A stretch of DNA of 64,000 nt, from contig OZ024752.1 in the NCBI GenBank assembly GCA_964016885.1, forward strand, positions 31,310,001 to 31,374,000. The letters run 5' to 3'. A model generated the notes under the pieces. That model was not told the origin of the DNA. It saw only the letters and a program-made list of their open reading frames with translations, and searched no databases. Of the stretch, positions 18,264-32,205 are shown in pieces; positions within the stretch are counted from its first letter, which is position 1; every line of letters starts with the position of its first letter. The DNA is from Eledone cirrhosa. Lineage: Eukaryota. The position numbers and the translations under genes were made by a program.

Positions 18264-18458
18264 TATGAGGGGTCGGCTGGAAAGTTCATAGGCTCACCAT
18301 GATACTCTCATGGAATGAGGTTTATTTTTCAACATAGTCCCAAGAAAGAAACAATACTGTTATTAATAAGAAGAGTTGAAATTATTGCATGCCAAATTTC
18401 ATAGCTCTAACATCACTCCTTCATAGTCAGCCTAGAAACTTTTCAGCTGACCGCCGTA
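18264..18458. mobile_element. Mariner-type MITE
   Basis: TA-flanked imperfect TIRs TGAGGGGTCGGCTGGAAAGTTCATAGGCT / AGCCTAGAAACTTTTCAGCTGACCGCCG. A related copy in opposite orientation lies at ~52397-52689. Confidence 0.65.
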
Positions 18459-18851
18459 GATGAAAACTGTGTGGAAGTCAAACAGAGTTAACGTTCTTGT
18501 TATTAGATTGAAAATTGTATCTGTCACCGACATGTTTTAAGTGGAGGAGGGCACTCTTTTCTAAGCAGGTCTCCAGTAAGTGGATTATCGGCTTCCTGTC
18601 ACATAGGCCATGAAAAAAGGTCTATAGTGTTGAACTGTCTTTTCTGACAATGGAATTAAAATAAATATATAAATACACGAACGAATAAGCAAACAACGAA
18701 AAGTATTCCTCTTCATCAGTATTTGAGTTAAGAATTTGAACAGAGAGAACTAAATGCCACAAATCCTTTTATACGACACACACCACAGATTCTGTAAGTA
18801 CATGGTAGTTCTCCTAAGTATAAAATTATAGCCGAGTATTTCCTGCTAATA

Positions 18852-19065
18852 AAAAGATCAACTCGTAGTGTGAGTAGGTTATGCCTGGAAGGAAGGTTGG
18901 GTGATAAGAGAACCAGAGGCCAGCAGTAAAAACGATGGCTTGATAATGTCAACTTATTGGACTGGACTTGCTCTTTGCTCTTTGCACTTTAAACTCTGCT
19001 GTTGGTGATCGAACTTTGTGGAGAAAAATTACTCATGTTGATGTGCAATCTGCAACTGGCGGAGT
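18852..19065. repeat. Unclassified interspersed repeat (second copy ~38015-38222)
   Basis: Shared AAAAGATCAACTCGT.GTGTGAGTAGGTTATGCCT.GAAGGAAGGTTGG...GATGTGCA.TCTGCAACTGGCGGA. Confidence 0.7.
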
Positions 19066-19145
19066 TTAGCGAAAATGAGAGATTTCCTGCATGAATACAT
19101 ACAATTTGAGAGAAGTAACGTCATCGTATTTTCGTAAATACATTT

Positions 19146-19322
19146 AATTGTTTCTACTTTAGGCACAAGGCCAGCAATTACCCAGTGCGTTACTGGTACT
19201 TTATTTTATCGACCCCGTAAGGATGAAAGGCAAAGTCAACCTCGGCGGGATTTGAACTCAGATCGTAAAGGGACGTAACTATGCTGGAAAGCATGGCGTC
19301 CGACCCTCTACCGATACTACCA
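19146..19322 (-). mobile_element. MetaSINE-like SINE copy
   Basis: Reverse complement of the family consensus. Confidence 0.85.
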
Positions 19323-20089
19323 AATACATTTAATGTGTGGGTATCTTACGTAGAAGGCGTAGCGTGATGCCATAGGTGTGAAAAAAATCAATATATGTCA
19401 AACGAATACCTTGTGTTGCTTTCGTATAAATAAACAAAAGTCAATATATTTCTTGACATCAAATTCCTTCCTAAAAATAAAATATATCATATTCTCTTTT
19501 CTTTTGCTCAGGCAATGTTCAGTTTCTTCGCCATAATGCACAAACTCCCACGTACACAATCATACACCCACGCACACCCACACAAGTATGTATATACACA
19601 CATATATATATTTATGCACACGCACACACACATATAAAACATATATAACATATATGCAAAAGTACACAAAAATAACACAGCAAACAACACAGTACAATGA
19701 AGAAATATAAGTTTAATGATTGATATAGTAGAAAAAATTCGTTATGTTTCGGACACTAATCCGTCATTAAAAGGGAGTTGGGAGAGGAAGGAACGGAAAA
19801 GGAAATAAAAATATTTGAGAAAAGCACGTGTATCTTCAGTTATTTACATATATAACAAAGAAAGTGGCGTTATTTACATATATAGTACCAGTAATACACT
19901 GGGTAATTTGCTGGTCTTGTGCCTAAAGTAGAAACAGTTATTTATATATATAACAAAGAAAGTGGCGTAAGATATCAGGTGGACCATAACGCACCAGAGT
20001 TCTCGATACTTAGGATAGTAGAGTTGGTAATAGGAAAAGAGTCAGGGCCTCGACGGCTGAGCTCCGGCCGTTTCGACAGCTAGACCCGA

Positions 20090-20133
<44 letters not shown>

Positions 20134-20271
20134 ATACTTTGGGAGGGTCATGTTGCCAATAAGAAACACACGCACCAGTTGCATTCACTTCAATTTATTA
20201 TAATAAATTTATAAATTTAGGAATTTATAAATTTCCGGTTGGTTCCACAATCAGATGGTTGTTTATATATT

Positions 20272-20314
20272 GTCAAAGTTCTTTCGTCACACATTCTGTG
20301 ACCTCTTCAGTGAC
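20272..20314 (-). ncRNA. Minimal type I hammerhead ribozyme
   Basis: GTCA-CTGAAGA-G-GTCACA GAATG TGTGAC-GAAA-GAAC-TT-TGAC. It lies in a ~240-bp insert between (TA)n tracts. A related element with an HHR is at ~51690-51950. Confidence 0.75.
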
Positions 20315-20751
20315 TGGGGTTTCAACACACGTTTTCAGATAAAGAATCTTGCTACACAAATTCACAAACGATATATATATATATATATATATACAGACAC
20401 GCACACACCACACCACACACAGCTATAAATATACATGGTAGCCGCCACATGAGAGCTTCTAGTTATAAAAGTGATTTGATTTATTATTTCATTTTCCAGG
20501 AACCTATAAGATGTCAGTGACGTTTTCGTAAAAGTATTTCAAGAGGATTCTTGAAAAACTACGATCTGTCTCAAAATATCTCTATATCCTGCTTGAAACA
20601 CTCATGTGTATTGGGAATTACACATCGCCTCTAGAACAAATGATTGATGTTCAACTGTAATTTGTTGACACAAAAACCAGAAATGGCATATATGTAGGCA
20701 CGCAAATCAACACACACATTGCGATAGACAAATAAAGAGATATCGTTATAT

Positions 20752-21147
20752 GTGGATTGGCAGTATCGGTAGAGGGACGGACGCCGTGCTTTGACGCATA
20801 GAGTTACGGCCCTTTATGTTCTGAGTTCAAATCCTGCCGAGGTTAGCTTTCTCTTTCATCGTTATAGGCTCAATACAATAAAGTACCAGTCACGCGCACT
20901 GGGGTCGATATAATCAACTTCGCCTTCTCCCCAGATTGCTGGCCTTGAGCCTAAATCAAAAACCAGGATTGGCAGTATCGGTAGAAGGTCGGACGCCATG
21001 CTTTGACGCATAGAGTTACGGCCCTTGCCATTCTGAGTTCAAATCCCGCCGAGGTTAACTTTGCCTTTCATCCTTACAGGGGTTGATAAAATAAAGTACC
21101 AGTAATGCACTGGGTAATTGCTGGCCTTGTGCCAAAAGTAGAAACAG

Positions 21148-21150
<3 letters not shown>
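20752..21150 (+). mobile_element. Two tandem MetaSINE-like copies
   Basis: Family consensus at ~20752-20960 and ~20967-21150. Confidence 0.85.
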
Positions 21151-21179
<29 letters not shown>

Positions 21180-21589
21180 GCACTCTCTCTCTCTCACACC
21201 ATGGTGGAGAAATAGAGAGATATCTTTATATGTAGATACACACCACGGTGGACAAATATAGAAATAGATATCTTTATATATATATATATATATAAATGAA
21301 GTAATTCCGTCGGAAAAATCCAGGAAAAAAGAGTGCTCTATGTAGGTAACAGAGCTTAATAGTTATGTAATAAACAACATAAGGCAATTATTCCATTTAC
21401 CAGTGGTTTCTTAAAAGCAAAAGATTTTGCTTTCAATCTTCAGAATGAAAAAATCCTGTTTATTGAATTTGGATTTTAAAAACAAAAATGCAATCTATAT
21501 GAAAGTGAGGCTGGAGAAGGAAGAAGGAAAGGAAAAATAAAATAAAACTACACATGCAAACACACACACAAAAACACAAAAGCATACAT

Positions 21590-21620
<31 letters not shown>

Positions 21621-21873
21621 CATATATATACATACATATACATACACATATATATACACATACATACACTCATACATACACACACGCACACACATATACA
21701 CACATATATGTGTATATAAATACACACAAACACATATATACATACGCACATAAATATCAACACATCCATACATACAAATACATATATACAACCACACACA
21801 CATATATACACACATACATACACATAGAAACATAAATATAAATACATATACATACACACATATACATACATAC

Positions 21874-21904
<31 letters not shown>

Positions 21905-21907
21905 TGT

Positions 21908-21973
<66 letters not shown>

Positions 21974-22088
21974 ACAAGCAAACACATACACAAACATAGC
22001 CATACACACATACATAAACATACATACATACATACACATACATAAATGCACTCTACATATTCACACACGCAAATAAATATAAGAAAAA

Positions 22089-22130
<42 letters not shown>

Positions 22131-22148
22131 TTTTTCTTATATTTATTT

Positions 22149-25100
22149 GCCGCCAGGATAAAACTCGTTGACAACGTAAACTCCGTTCCACTTATTCTAG
22201 TAGGCTTTTATATTTATATGTGAGCTGATAGAGTACTGTCTAAGGATTTACAGAAACCCATGAAGCTAGATTTAACACCTTTCTAGTGGGTCCGGGTATG
22301 ATTTTACATTCATTTAAATTATTGACGTATTGTTTTATTGATATTTTTTATCTGTTTGGCCCGAATCTTCCTTTATCGATTTTAAATCGTATGGTTGATT
22401 GTAGACTTGTTCTATATGTGACGGTATTTTAACGATAGTTATAGCTCTGATTCATCTGAATTATTGAGCCCTCTGCCGCTCATATCGAATTTCGTTTTTC
22501 GTGAACTCGTGCGCCGATTTTTCGATACTCGATCTTTCTAATATATTTAGCTCTGGACTTAGCTATCCACCAGTTAATTTTATTGCTCATTTTTTGTCGA
22601 TTCTATTGAGTGATGAATAGCTTTTGTTTTATTTTAACATGTCTATTGAGCACTCTAATTCGATATGTGTATTTCCACATTCACTCGAATTGTTTTCGCG
22701 GATATAGGGGTCATCTCCCTTGTCTAATGCCATGTGCGTTTTTCACCGCTAGTTGACTCCCTTGCCGCCAGGATAAAACTCGTTGACAACGTAAACTCCG
22801 TTCCACTTATTCTAGTAGGCTTTTATATTTATATGTGAGCTGATAGAGTACTGTCTAAGGATTTACAGAAACCCATGAAGCTAGATTTAACACCTTTCTA
22901 GTGGGTCCGGGTATGATTTTACATTCATTTAAATTATTGACGTATTGTTTTATTGATATTTTTTATCTGTTTGGCCCGAATCTTCCTTTATCGATTTTAA
23001 ATCGTATGGTTGATTGTAGACTTGTTCTATATGTGACGGTATTTTAACGATAGTTATAGCTCTGATTCATCTGAATTATTGAGCCCTCTGCCGCTCATAT
23101 CGAATTTCGTTTTTCGTGAACTCGTGCGCCGATTTTTCGATACTCGATCTTTCTAATATATTTAGCTCTGGACTTAGCTATCCACCAGTTAATTTTATTG
23201 CTCATTTTTTGTCGATTCTATTGAGTGATGAATAGCTTTTGTTTTATTTTAACATGTCTATTGAGCACTCTAATTCGATATGTGTATTTCCACATTCACT
23301 CGAATTGTTTTCGCGGATATAGGGGTCATCTCCCTTGTCTAATGCCATGTGCGTTTTTCACCGCTAGTTGACTCCTTTGCCGCCAGGATAAAACTCGTTG
23401 ACAACGTAAACTCCGTTCCACTTATTCTAGTAGGCTTTTATATTTATATGTGAGCTGATAGAGTACTGTCTAAGGATTTACAGAAACCCATGAAGCTAGA
23501 TTTAACACCTTTCTAGTGGGTCCGGGTATGATTTTACATTCATTTAAATTATTGACGTATTGTTTTATTGATATTTTTTATCTGTTTGGCCCGAATCTTC
23601 CTTTATCGATTTTAAATCGTATGGTTGATTGTAGACTTGTTCTATATGTGACGGTATTTTAACGATAGTTATAGCTCTGATTCATCTGAATTATTGAGCC
23701 CTCTGCCGCTCATATCGAATTTCGTTTTTCGTGAACTCGTGCGCCGATTTTTCGATACTCGATCTTTCTAATATATTTAGCTCTGGACTTAGCTATCCAC
23801 CAGTTAATTTTATTGCTCATTTTTTGTCGATTCTATTGAGTGATGAATAGCTTTTGTTTTATTTTAACATGTCTATTGAGCACTCTAATTCGATATGTGT
23901 ATTTCCACATTCACTCGAATTGTTTTCGCGGATATAGGGGTCATCTCCCTTGTCTAATGCCATGTGCGTTTTTCACCGCTAGTTGACTCCCTTGCCGCCA
24001 GGATAAAACTCGTTGACAACGTAAACTCCGTTCCACTTATTCTAGTAGGCTTTTATATTTATATGTGAGCTGATAGAGTACTGTCTAAGGATTTACAGAA
24101 ACCCATGAAGCTAGATTTAACACCTTTCTAGTGGGTCCGGGTATGATTTTACATTCATTTAAATTATTGACGTATTGTTTTATTGATATTTTTTATCTGT
24201 TTGGCCCGAATCTTCCTTTATCGATTTTAAATCGTATGGTTGATTGTAGACTTGTTCTATATGTGACGGTATTTTAACGATAGTTATAGCTCTGATTCAT
24301 CTGAATTATTGAGCCCTCTGCCGCTCATATCGAATTTCGTTTTTCGTGAACTCGTGCGCCGATTTTTCGATACTCGATCTTTCTAATATATTTAGCTCTG
24401 GACTTAGCTATCCACCAGTTAATTTTATTGCTCATTTTTTGTCGATTCTATTGAGTGATGAATAGCTTTTGTTTTATTTTAACATGTCTATTGAGCACTC
24501 TAATTCGATATGTGTATTTCCACATTCACTCGAATTGTTTTCGCGGATATAGGGGTCATCTCCCTTGTCTAATGCCATGTGCGTTTTTCACCGCTAGTTG
24601 ACTCCTTTGCCGCCAGGATAAAACTCGTTGACAACGTAAACTCCGTTCCACTTATTCTAGTAGGCTTTTATATTTATATGTGAGCTGATAGAGTACTGTC
24701 TAAGGATTTACAGAAACCCATGAAGCTAGATTTAACACCTTTCTAGTGGGTCCGGGTATGATTTTACATTCATTTAAATTATTGACGTATTGTTTTATTG
24801 ATATTTTTTATCTGTTTGGCCCGAATCTTCCTTTATCGATTTTAAATCGTATGGTTGATTGTAGACTTGTTCTATATGTGACGGTATTTTAACGATAGTT
24901 ATAGCTCTGATTCATCTGAATTATTGAGCCCTCTGCCGCTCATATCGAATTTCGTTTTTCGTGAACTCGTGCGCCGATTTTTCGATACTCGATCTTTCTA
25001 ATATATTTAGCTCTGGACTTAGCTATCCACCAGTTAATTTTATTGCTCATTTTTTGTCGATTCTATTGAGTGATGAATAGCTTTTGTTTTATTTTAACAT

Positions 25101-26236
25101 GTCTATTGAGCACTCTAATTCGATATGTGTATTTCCACATTCACTCGAATTGTTTTCGCGGATATAGGGGTCATCTCCCTTGTCTAATGCCATGTGCGTT
25201 TTTCACCGCTAGTTGACTCCTTTGCCGCCAGGATAAAACTCGTTGACAACGTAAACTCCGTTCCACTTATTCTAGTAGGCTTTTATATTTATATGTGAGC
25301 TGATAGAGTACTGTCTAAGGATTTACAGAAACCCATGAAGCTAGATTTAACACCTTTCTAGTGGGTCCGGGTATGATTTTACATTCATTTAAATTATTGA
25401 CGTATTGTTTTATTGATATTTTTTATCTGTTTGGCCCGAATCTTCCTTTATCGATTTTAAATCGTATGGTTGATTGTAGACTTGTTCTATATGTGACGGT
25501 ATTTTAACGATAGTTATAGCTCTGATTCATCTGAATTATTGAGCCCTCTGCCGCTCATATCGAATTTCGTTTTTCGTGAACTCGTGCGCCGATTTTTCGA
25601 TACTCGATCTTTCTAATATATTTAGCTCTGGACTTAGCTATCCACCAGTTAATTTTATTGCTCATTTTTTGTCGATTCTATTGAGTGATGAATAGCTTTT
25701 GTTTTATTTTAACATGTCTATTGAGCACTCTAATTCGATATGTGTATTTCCACATTCACTCGAATTGTTTTCGCGGATATAGGGGTCATCTCCCTTGTCT
25801 AATGCCATGTGCGTTTTTCACCGCTAGTTGACTCCCTTGCCGCCAGGATAAAACTCGTTGACAACGTAAACTCCGTTCCACTTATTCTAGTAGGCTTTTA
25901 TATTTATATGTGAGCTGATAGAGTACTGTCTAAGGATTTACAGAAACCCATGAAGCTAGATTTAACACCTTTCTAGTGGGTCCGGGTATGATTTTACATT
26001 CATTTAAATTATTGACGTATTGTTTTATTGATATTTTTTATCTGTTTGGCCCGAATCTTCCTTTATCGATTTTAAATCGTATGGTTGATTGTAGACTTGT
26101 TCTATATGTGACGGTATTTTAACGATAGTTATAGCTCTGATTCATCTGAATTATTGAGCCCTCTGCCGCTCATATCGAATTTCGTTTTTCGTGAACTCGT
26201 GCGCCGATTTTTCGATACTCGATCTTTCTAATATAT
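22149..26236. repeat. Tandem array of a 615-bp unit, ~6.6 near-identical copies
   Basis: GCCGCCAGGATAAAACTCG recurs at 22149, 22764, 23379, 23994, 24609, 25224 and 25839. No long ORF. Confidence 0.97.
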
Positions 26237-26809
26237 ATATATATATATAAATTTTTTGACAGCGATACAGAACGCAGCTAACTGGACAGACACGCGTGGT
26301 AAGTAATACACACAAATGCACGTATACATACATACGAAGTAGTAAATACATACACACACTCTCGCACATAAATATACATATACAAATACATAAACACATA
26401 CATACACATACATGCACAAACATAATTGTATACGTGTGCGTGTTTGTGCATGTATGTGTATGTATATGTTTATGTATTTGTATATGTATATTTATGTGCG
26501 AGAGTGTGTGTATGTATGTACTACTTCGTACGTATGTATACGTGCATTTGTGTGTATTACTTACCACGCGTGTCTGTCCAGTTAGCTGCCTTCTGTATCG
26601 CTGTCAAAATTTTTATATATATATATATATATATTTTTTTTTTCTTATATTTATTTGCGTGTGTGAATATGTAGAGGAGTGCATTTATGTATGTGTATGT
26701 ATGTACGTGTGTATATATATGTATGATTGTGTGCATGTATGTATGTTTATGTATGTGTGTATGGCTATGTTTGTGTATGTGTATGCTTGTACACACATAT
26801 ATATATATA

Positions 26810-26852
<43 letters not shown>

Positions 26853-27263
26853 ATGTGTGTATGTATATGTATTTATATTTATGTTTCTATGTGTATGCAT
26901 GTGTGTATATATGTGTGTGTGGTTGTATATATGTATTTGTATGTATGGATGTGTTGATATTTATGTGCGTATGTATATATCTGTTTGTGTGTATTTATAT
27001 ACACATATATGTGTGTATATATGTGTGCGTGTGTGTATGTATGAGTGTATGTATGTGTATATATATGTGTATGTATATGTATGTATATATATGTATATAT
27101 ATATATATATGTGTGTGTGTGTATGTATGCTTTTGTGTTTTTGTGTGTGTGTTTGCATGTGTAGTTTTATTTTATTTTTCCTTTCCTTCTTCCTTCTCCA
27201 GCCTCACTTTCATATAGATTGCATTTTTGTTTTTAAAAATCCAAATTCAATAAACAGGATTTT

Positions 27264-27322
27264 TTCATTCTGAGGATTGAAAGCAAAATCTTTTGCTTTT
27301 AAGAAACCACTGGTAAATGGAA
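27264..27322 (+). ncRNA. Type I hammerhead ribozyme, family B
   Basis: TTCATT-CTGAGGA-TTGAAAGCAAAA TC TTTTGCTTTTAA-GAAA-CCACTGG-TA-AATGGAA. Intact copies also at 21391-21449(-), 28822-28880(-), 33454-33512(+), 40300-40358(-) and 40411-40469(+). Degenerate copies at ~30497-30556(-) and ~32272-32330(+). Confidence 0.88.
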
Positions 27323-28130
27323 TAATTGCCTTATGTTGTTTATTACATAACTATATATATATATGTATATATATAATAATTGTTTCTACTTTTGGCACAA
27401 GGCCAGCAAATACCCAGTGTATTACTGGAACTTTATTTTATCGACCCCGTAAGGATGAAAGGCAAATAATAAAATGTGGAGAGGAAGCACACGAGTTAGA
27501 AAAGGGATTAGGTAGGGTAACACTTCACACAAAGTAAAATATTTCGTTTTAATGATTTTCTAACCCAGAAAAAAAAAGAGAGAAAGAAATAAAAAGGGAA
27601 AACATTTTTTTTTCTTCCTAATAATCGTCTTTTTCCCCCTGTTTTCATATGAAAATACCTAATCCCTTTTCTTAAATAAATTAAATATCATCCAGCATGA
27701 ATTACCTCCCCCTGCATATTAACTCTCTAAAAAGGGAGATCATATCAAACCCAGTCCACCATTTGTCTCCATCATGGATCAACTAAGCACCCTTGCTATA
27801 TTAACACATTTTGATCTGCTTATCTTCAATATGCCTGTAAATAACATTATTTTTTCTTTCCCATTACCTTATCATGTTCCACATTAGCCCCTTTTTTTTC
27901 TTTTCTTTTTTTTTCTTTTTTTTCTTCTTTTTTTTCTTTTTTTCTTTTTTTCTTTTTTTCTTTTTGTTCTTTTTTTCTTTTTTTCTTTTTTTTCTTTCTT
28001 TTTTTCTTTTTTTTCTTCTTTTTTTCTTTTTTTCTTTCACTTCATAAACCTTGTTTGTAAATAACATTATTCTTTCTGCACCATTTCTTTAACATGTCCA
28101 ACACCACCATTTTACACCAATACATATTAT

Positions 28131-28173
28131 TATCATTTGAGAATGCATAAAAATGCTGAAACCGGTAATAGAC
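28131..28173 (+). ncRNA. Minimal hammerhead-like motif, U3-A8 core
   Basis: TTGAGAA-TGCATAAAAATGCT-GAAA-CCGG-TA, with palindromic stem III and weak stem I. It lies in a unit bounded by direct repeats at ~27519-27600 and ~28241-28325. Confidence 0.5.
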
Positions 28174-28347
28174 AATTATTAAATATATAAATAGATAAAT
28201 AAATGCCATTGTTAATTAATAAATAAATCAACTAATACCTTAACACTTCACACAAAGTAAAATATTTCGTTTTCTAACCCAGAAATAAAAAGGGAAAAAA
28301 ATATATTTTTCTTCCTGTTTTCATATATATATATATATATATATATA

Positions 28348-28690
28348 CGATATTAAATAAATGGAAACTATATTTATAAAACCATATTTATTTCATTATA
28401 TATATTTCAGGGATATCATATTAAAAATATGGTATGCCTTCTTCAGACAAAATACAATATAAACAGTCTTATAAGACTGTTTATATTGTATTTTGTATTT
28501 TGTCTGAAGAAGGCATACCATATTTTTAATATGATATCCCTGAAATATATATAATGAAATAAATATGGTTTTATAAATATAGTTTCCATTTATTTAATAT
28601 CGTAAATATACTCCAAATACTTGTTGAGTGCTTTTATATCAGTTATAAATATTTACTCGTTGTAACCCAACAATTTAAATCAAACTTTGC
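28348..28690. mobile_element. Fold-back pLTR element, family D, with an HHR in each arm (28391-28452 -, 28498-28559 +)
   Basis: Palindrome centred ~28471. TTTTGT-CTGAAGA-AGGCATACCATATT TTT AATATGATATCCCT-GAAA-TATATA-TA-ATGAAA. The right arm has an ~85-nt extra tail. Other copies at ~45070-45245(-) and ~52100-52357(+). Confidence 0.75.
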
Positions 28691-28719
28691 ATATATATAT
28701 ATATATATATATATATGTG

Positions 28720-29024
28720 AATGAAGTAATTCCGTCGGAAAAGTCCAGGAAAAAAGAGTGCTCTATGTAGGCAACAGAGCTTAATTATTATTATTATGTA
28801 ATAAACAACATAAGGCAATTATTCCATTTACCAGTGGTTTCTTAAAAGCAAAAGGTTTTGCTTTCAATCCTCAGAATGAAAAAATCCTGGTTTGTTTATT
28901 GAATTTGGATTTTAAAAAACAAAAATGCAATCTATATGAAAGTGAGGCTGGAGAAGGAAGAAGGAAAGGAAAAATAAAATAAAACTACACATGCAAACAC
29001 ACACAAAAACACAAAAGCATACAT

Positions 29025-29058
<34 letters not shown>

Positions 29059-29603
29059 GTAGATAAATCTACCAAGAGTTTACGGTAGTGTCCAATCCGT
29101 ATGAAGAACTCAATGTAATCCGGATATCATGGAAAGAAGAGATGCAATGAAAAATCACTTTCGGTGAAAGATAAACGGAATACAGAGTCAAGATAAAATA
29201 TTAAAAAAATAATGAATAAAACAATGAAACAGTTCCTTATATTAAACAAAAAAAGTTCATTATTTAACGATCGTTTCTAGGATATATATGTGTTAGAATT
29301 GGCATACATATTCAACAGATCTATGTACAAAATTATACAAAATTATACAAACTATCAAAATTAAATATACATACCAAACACATTGTATAATTTTGTACAT
29401 AGATCTGTTGAATATGCATGCCAATTCTAACACATATATATCCTAGAAACGATCGTTAAATAATGAACTTTTTTTGTTTAATATAAGGAACTGTTTCATT
29501 GTTTTATTCATTATTTTTTTAATATTTTATATATATATATATATATATACATATATACACATACACATATATATAAAACATACACTTATATACACATACA
29601 CAT

Positions 29604-29670
<67 letters not shown>

Positions 29671-30108
29671 CATATATATATATATATACACATATACACA
29701 TACATATATATACATGTGTGTACAAGCATACACATACACAAACATAGCCATACACACACACATATACAAACATACATTCACACAATCATACATATATACA
29801 TACGTACATACATACACATACATAAATGCACTCCTCTATATATTCACACACGCAAATAAATATAAGAAAAAAATATATAAATATTAAAAATGTTTGACAC
29901 CGTTACATAAGGCAGCTAACTGGACAGACACGCGTGGTAAGTAATACACACAAATGCACGTATACATACGTACGAAATCGTAAACACATACACACACTCT
30001 CACACATAAATATACATATACAAATACATAACCACATACATACACATACATGCACAAACACGCACACGTATACAATATATACACACACATATGTATATGT
30101 AATTATAT

Positions 30109-30159
<51 letters not shown>

Positions 30160-30279
30160 CATAAATATAAACGCACACACACACATATACGTATACATAC
30201 ACACACATATACATACATAGCTAAACAATTATACACATACAAATACGTACATATCATAAACACGCACAACCAAATACAA

Positions 30280-30310
<31 letters not shown>

Positions 30311-32174
30311 TATATACATACACACGCATACATATACACACATATATATATATATACATATATACACATACATATACATATGCATACACACACACATACA
30401 TGTGTGTATGTGTAAAACTCAGTCTTAGATAATACATATGAACCTTACATAAACGTATATATAGTAGTAAAGTAATAAAGCAACATCAGGCAATTATTCC
30501 ATTCACCAGTGGTTTCTTAAAAGCAAAAAATTTTTCCTTCAATCTTTAGAATGAAAAAAACCTGGTTTATCTACATATACATACATATACACACACAAAT
30601 ATATACATATATATACACACACACACATACACACACATACATATATATATATATACATATATACATATATATATATATACATACACATACACATAGGTAT
30701 GTGAAGGGCAAGGCAAAAAGAATATATGGGGGGGGGGGTGGCATAAGAAAAGGTAAAACATAAGGGGAGGTAAGGGAGAAAAAAAAAAGTAAATATACAA
30801 GAGTACAGAACGTAGAATCAGCAAAATAAAAACCGTAGCAGAAGTAAAGAGCAGGAAAGGAGTTCAAGGCGGTTGATTTATCATAGGAGTGTCAATCCAG
30901 TTACAGATCAGATGCGATTTCAGATGAGGACAGCATCTGAAGATCTCAGTCTTTGAGTTAAGGCAATCTTAACCTTAAAATCACTATAGATACGGACCTT
31001 ACTAATGCTAACTTTCTTGATATTAATCTTGATCTACTTACCGCCTCTTTTAAACCCTATCATAAACCTAATGAAAATCTTAGGTATATACACAAAGAGT
31101 CTTGCCATCCCCCTATAGTTTTTAATAATCTTATTCCTAACATTAGCCGTAGGATTTCTACCTTATCTTCGTCTATAGACATTTTTAATAAAGCCGCCCC
31201 TTATTATAATAAAGCCCTTAAGAACAGCGGTTTTACAGAAAAAAATTCTTATTTACCTACTCCCACCCCCCTAAAACTAACCACAATAACAGGAAAAGGA
31301 AGATTATTTGGTTCACACCCCCCTTCTCTCTTACTGTCAAAACTAATGTAGGAAGGAAATTCCTTGAACTATTAGACAAACATTTTCCTCCTAATCATAG
31401 ATATTATAAGATATTTAATAGGAACGTCGTTAAGATAAGCTACTCTTGTTGCCCATCTATGAAGTCCAAAATCACCAGTTCAAACCATACGAGAATAAAT
31501 CCAGGATGCAGTTGCAGGAAGCCCATTGCAGGGTAAATGTAACACCAAATCTGTTGTTTATGAGGCTAAGATAACACCGGTAATCAACAACCAGCCAGCC
31601 AGGAGTGAGCGATATGTCGGTATGACCCAGGACAGGTTTAAAACCAGATTTTACTCACATGTCGCTTCTTTTAAGCACTCCGATAAACGAACATCAACGG
31701 CCCTCGCAAGTAAGGTGTGGGAACTCAAGGATAGTAACATCCCATACTCTATTGATTGGTCTATATTAGACCATTCGAGGGAGTACCAAAGGGGCACAAA
31801 GAATTGTTCTTTGTGTACCACAGAAAAGTATAGGATTTTGCTAAACTTGAGAGCCACTTCCGCTTGCCTTAACTCAAAGACTGAGTTCTTCAGATGCTGT
31901 CCTCATCTGAAATCGCATCTGATCTGTAACTGGATTGACACTCCTATGATAAATCAACCGCCTTGAACTCCTTCTCTGCTATTTACTTCTGCTACGGTTT
32001 TTATTTTGCTGATTCTACGTTCTGTACTCTTGTATATTTACTTTTTTTTTTCTCCCTTACCTCCCCGTATGTTTTACCTTTTCTTATGCCCCCCTCCCCC
32101 ATATATTCTTTTTGCCTTACCCTTCACATATGTGTATGTATATTTGTGTGTATATATATATATATGTATGTATG

Positions 32175-32205
<31 letters not shown>

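Larger units (their letters stand above)
21295..27350. mobile_element. Fold-back pLTR element, family B (pLTR of the Hydra-like PLE). Left arm 21295-26422 is interrupted by the 615-bp array; right arm ~26428-27350
   Basis: The arms are reverse complements and match 32755-33545. HHRs at 21391-21449 (-) and 27264-27322 (+). Flanked by (TA)n. Confidence 0.8.

Noticed and set aside
19735-19775. Minus-strand TTAATGA-CGGATTAGTGTCC-GAAA; similar decayed motifs at ~38850-38890 and ~46140-46240
   Set aside because: The core or cleavage triplet is mutated. These are likely HHR relics and were not called as features.
22225-22300. Hammerhead within the 615-bp unit (GAAA-CCCA...TGGG-TC)
   Set aside because: Stem III and GUC look plausible. 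However, the available cores (CTAAGGA, CTGATAGA) are non-canonical and stems I and II do not close in register. A computational check is still worthwhile.
22149-26236. 615-bp array as a CRISPR array or endless rolling-circle ORF (615 is divisible by 3)
   Set aside because: There are no unique spacers and no cas genes, and the context is eukaryotic. The ORF track shows no long frame through the units.
27864-28067. Poly-lysine ORF
   Set aside because: It is the translation of a T-rich low-complexity tract.
30968-31966. Naiad-type (selenoprotein) PLE
   Set aside because: The endonuclease is C-terminal to RT, no in-frame UGA sits at Cys positions, and HHRs are present.
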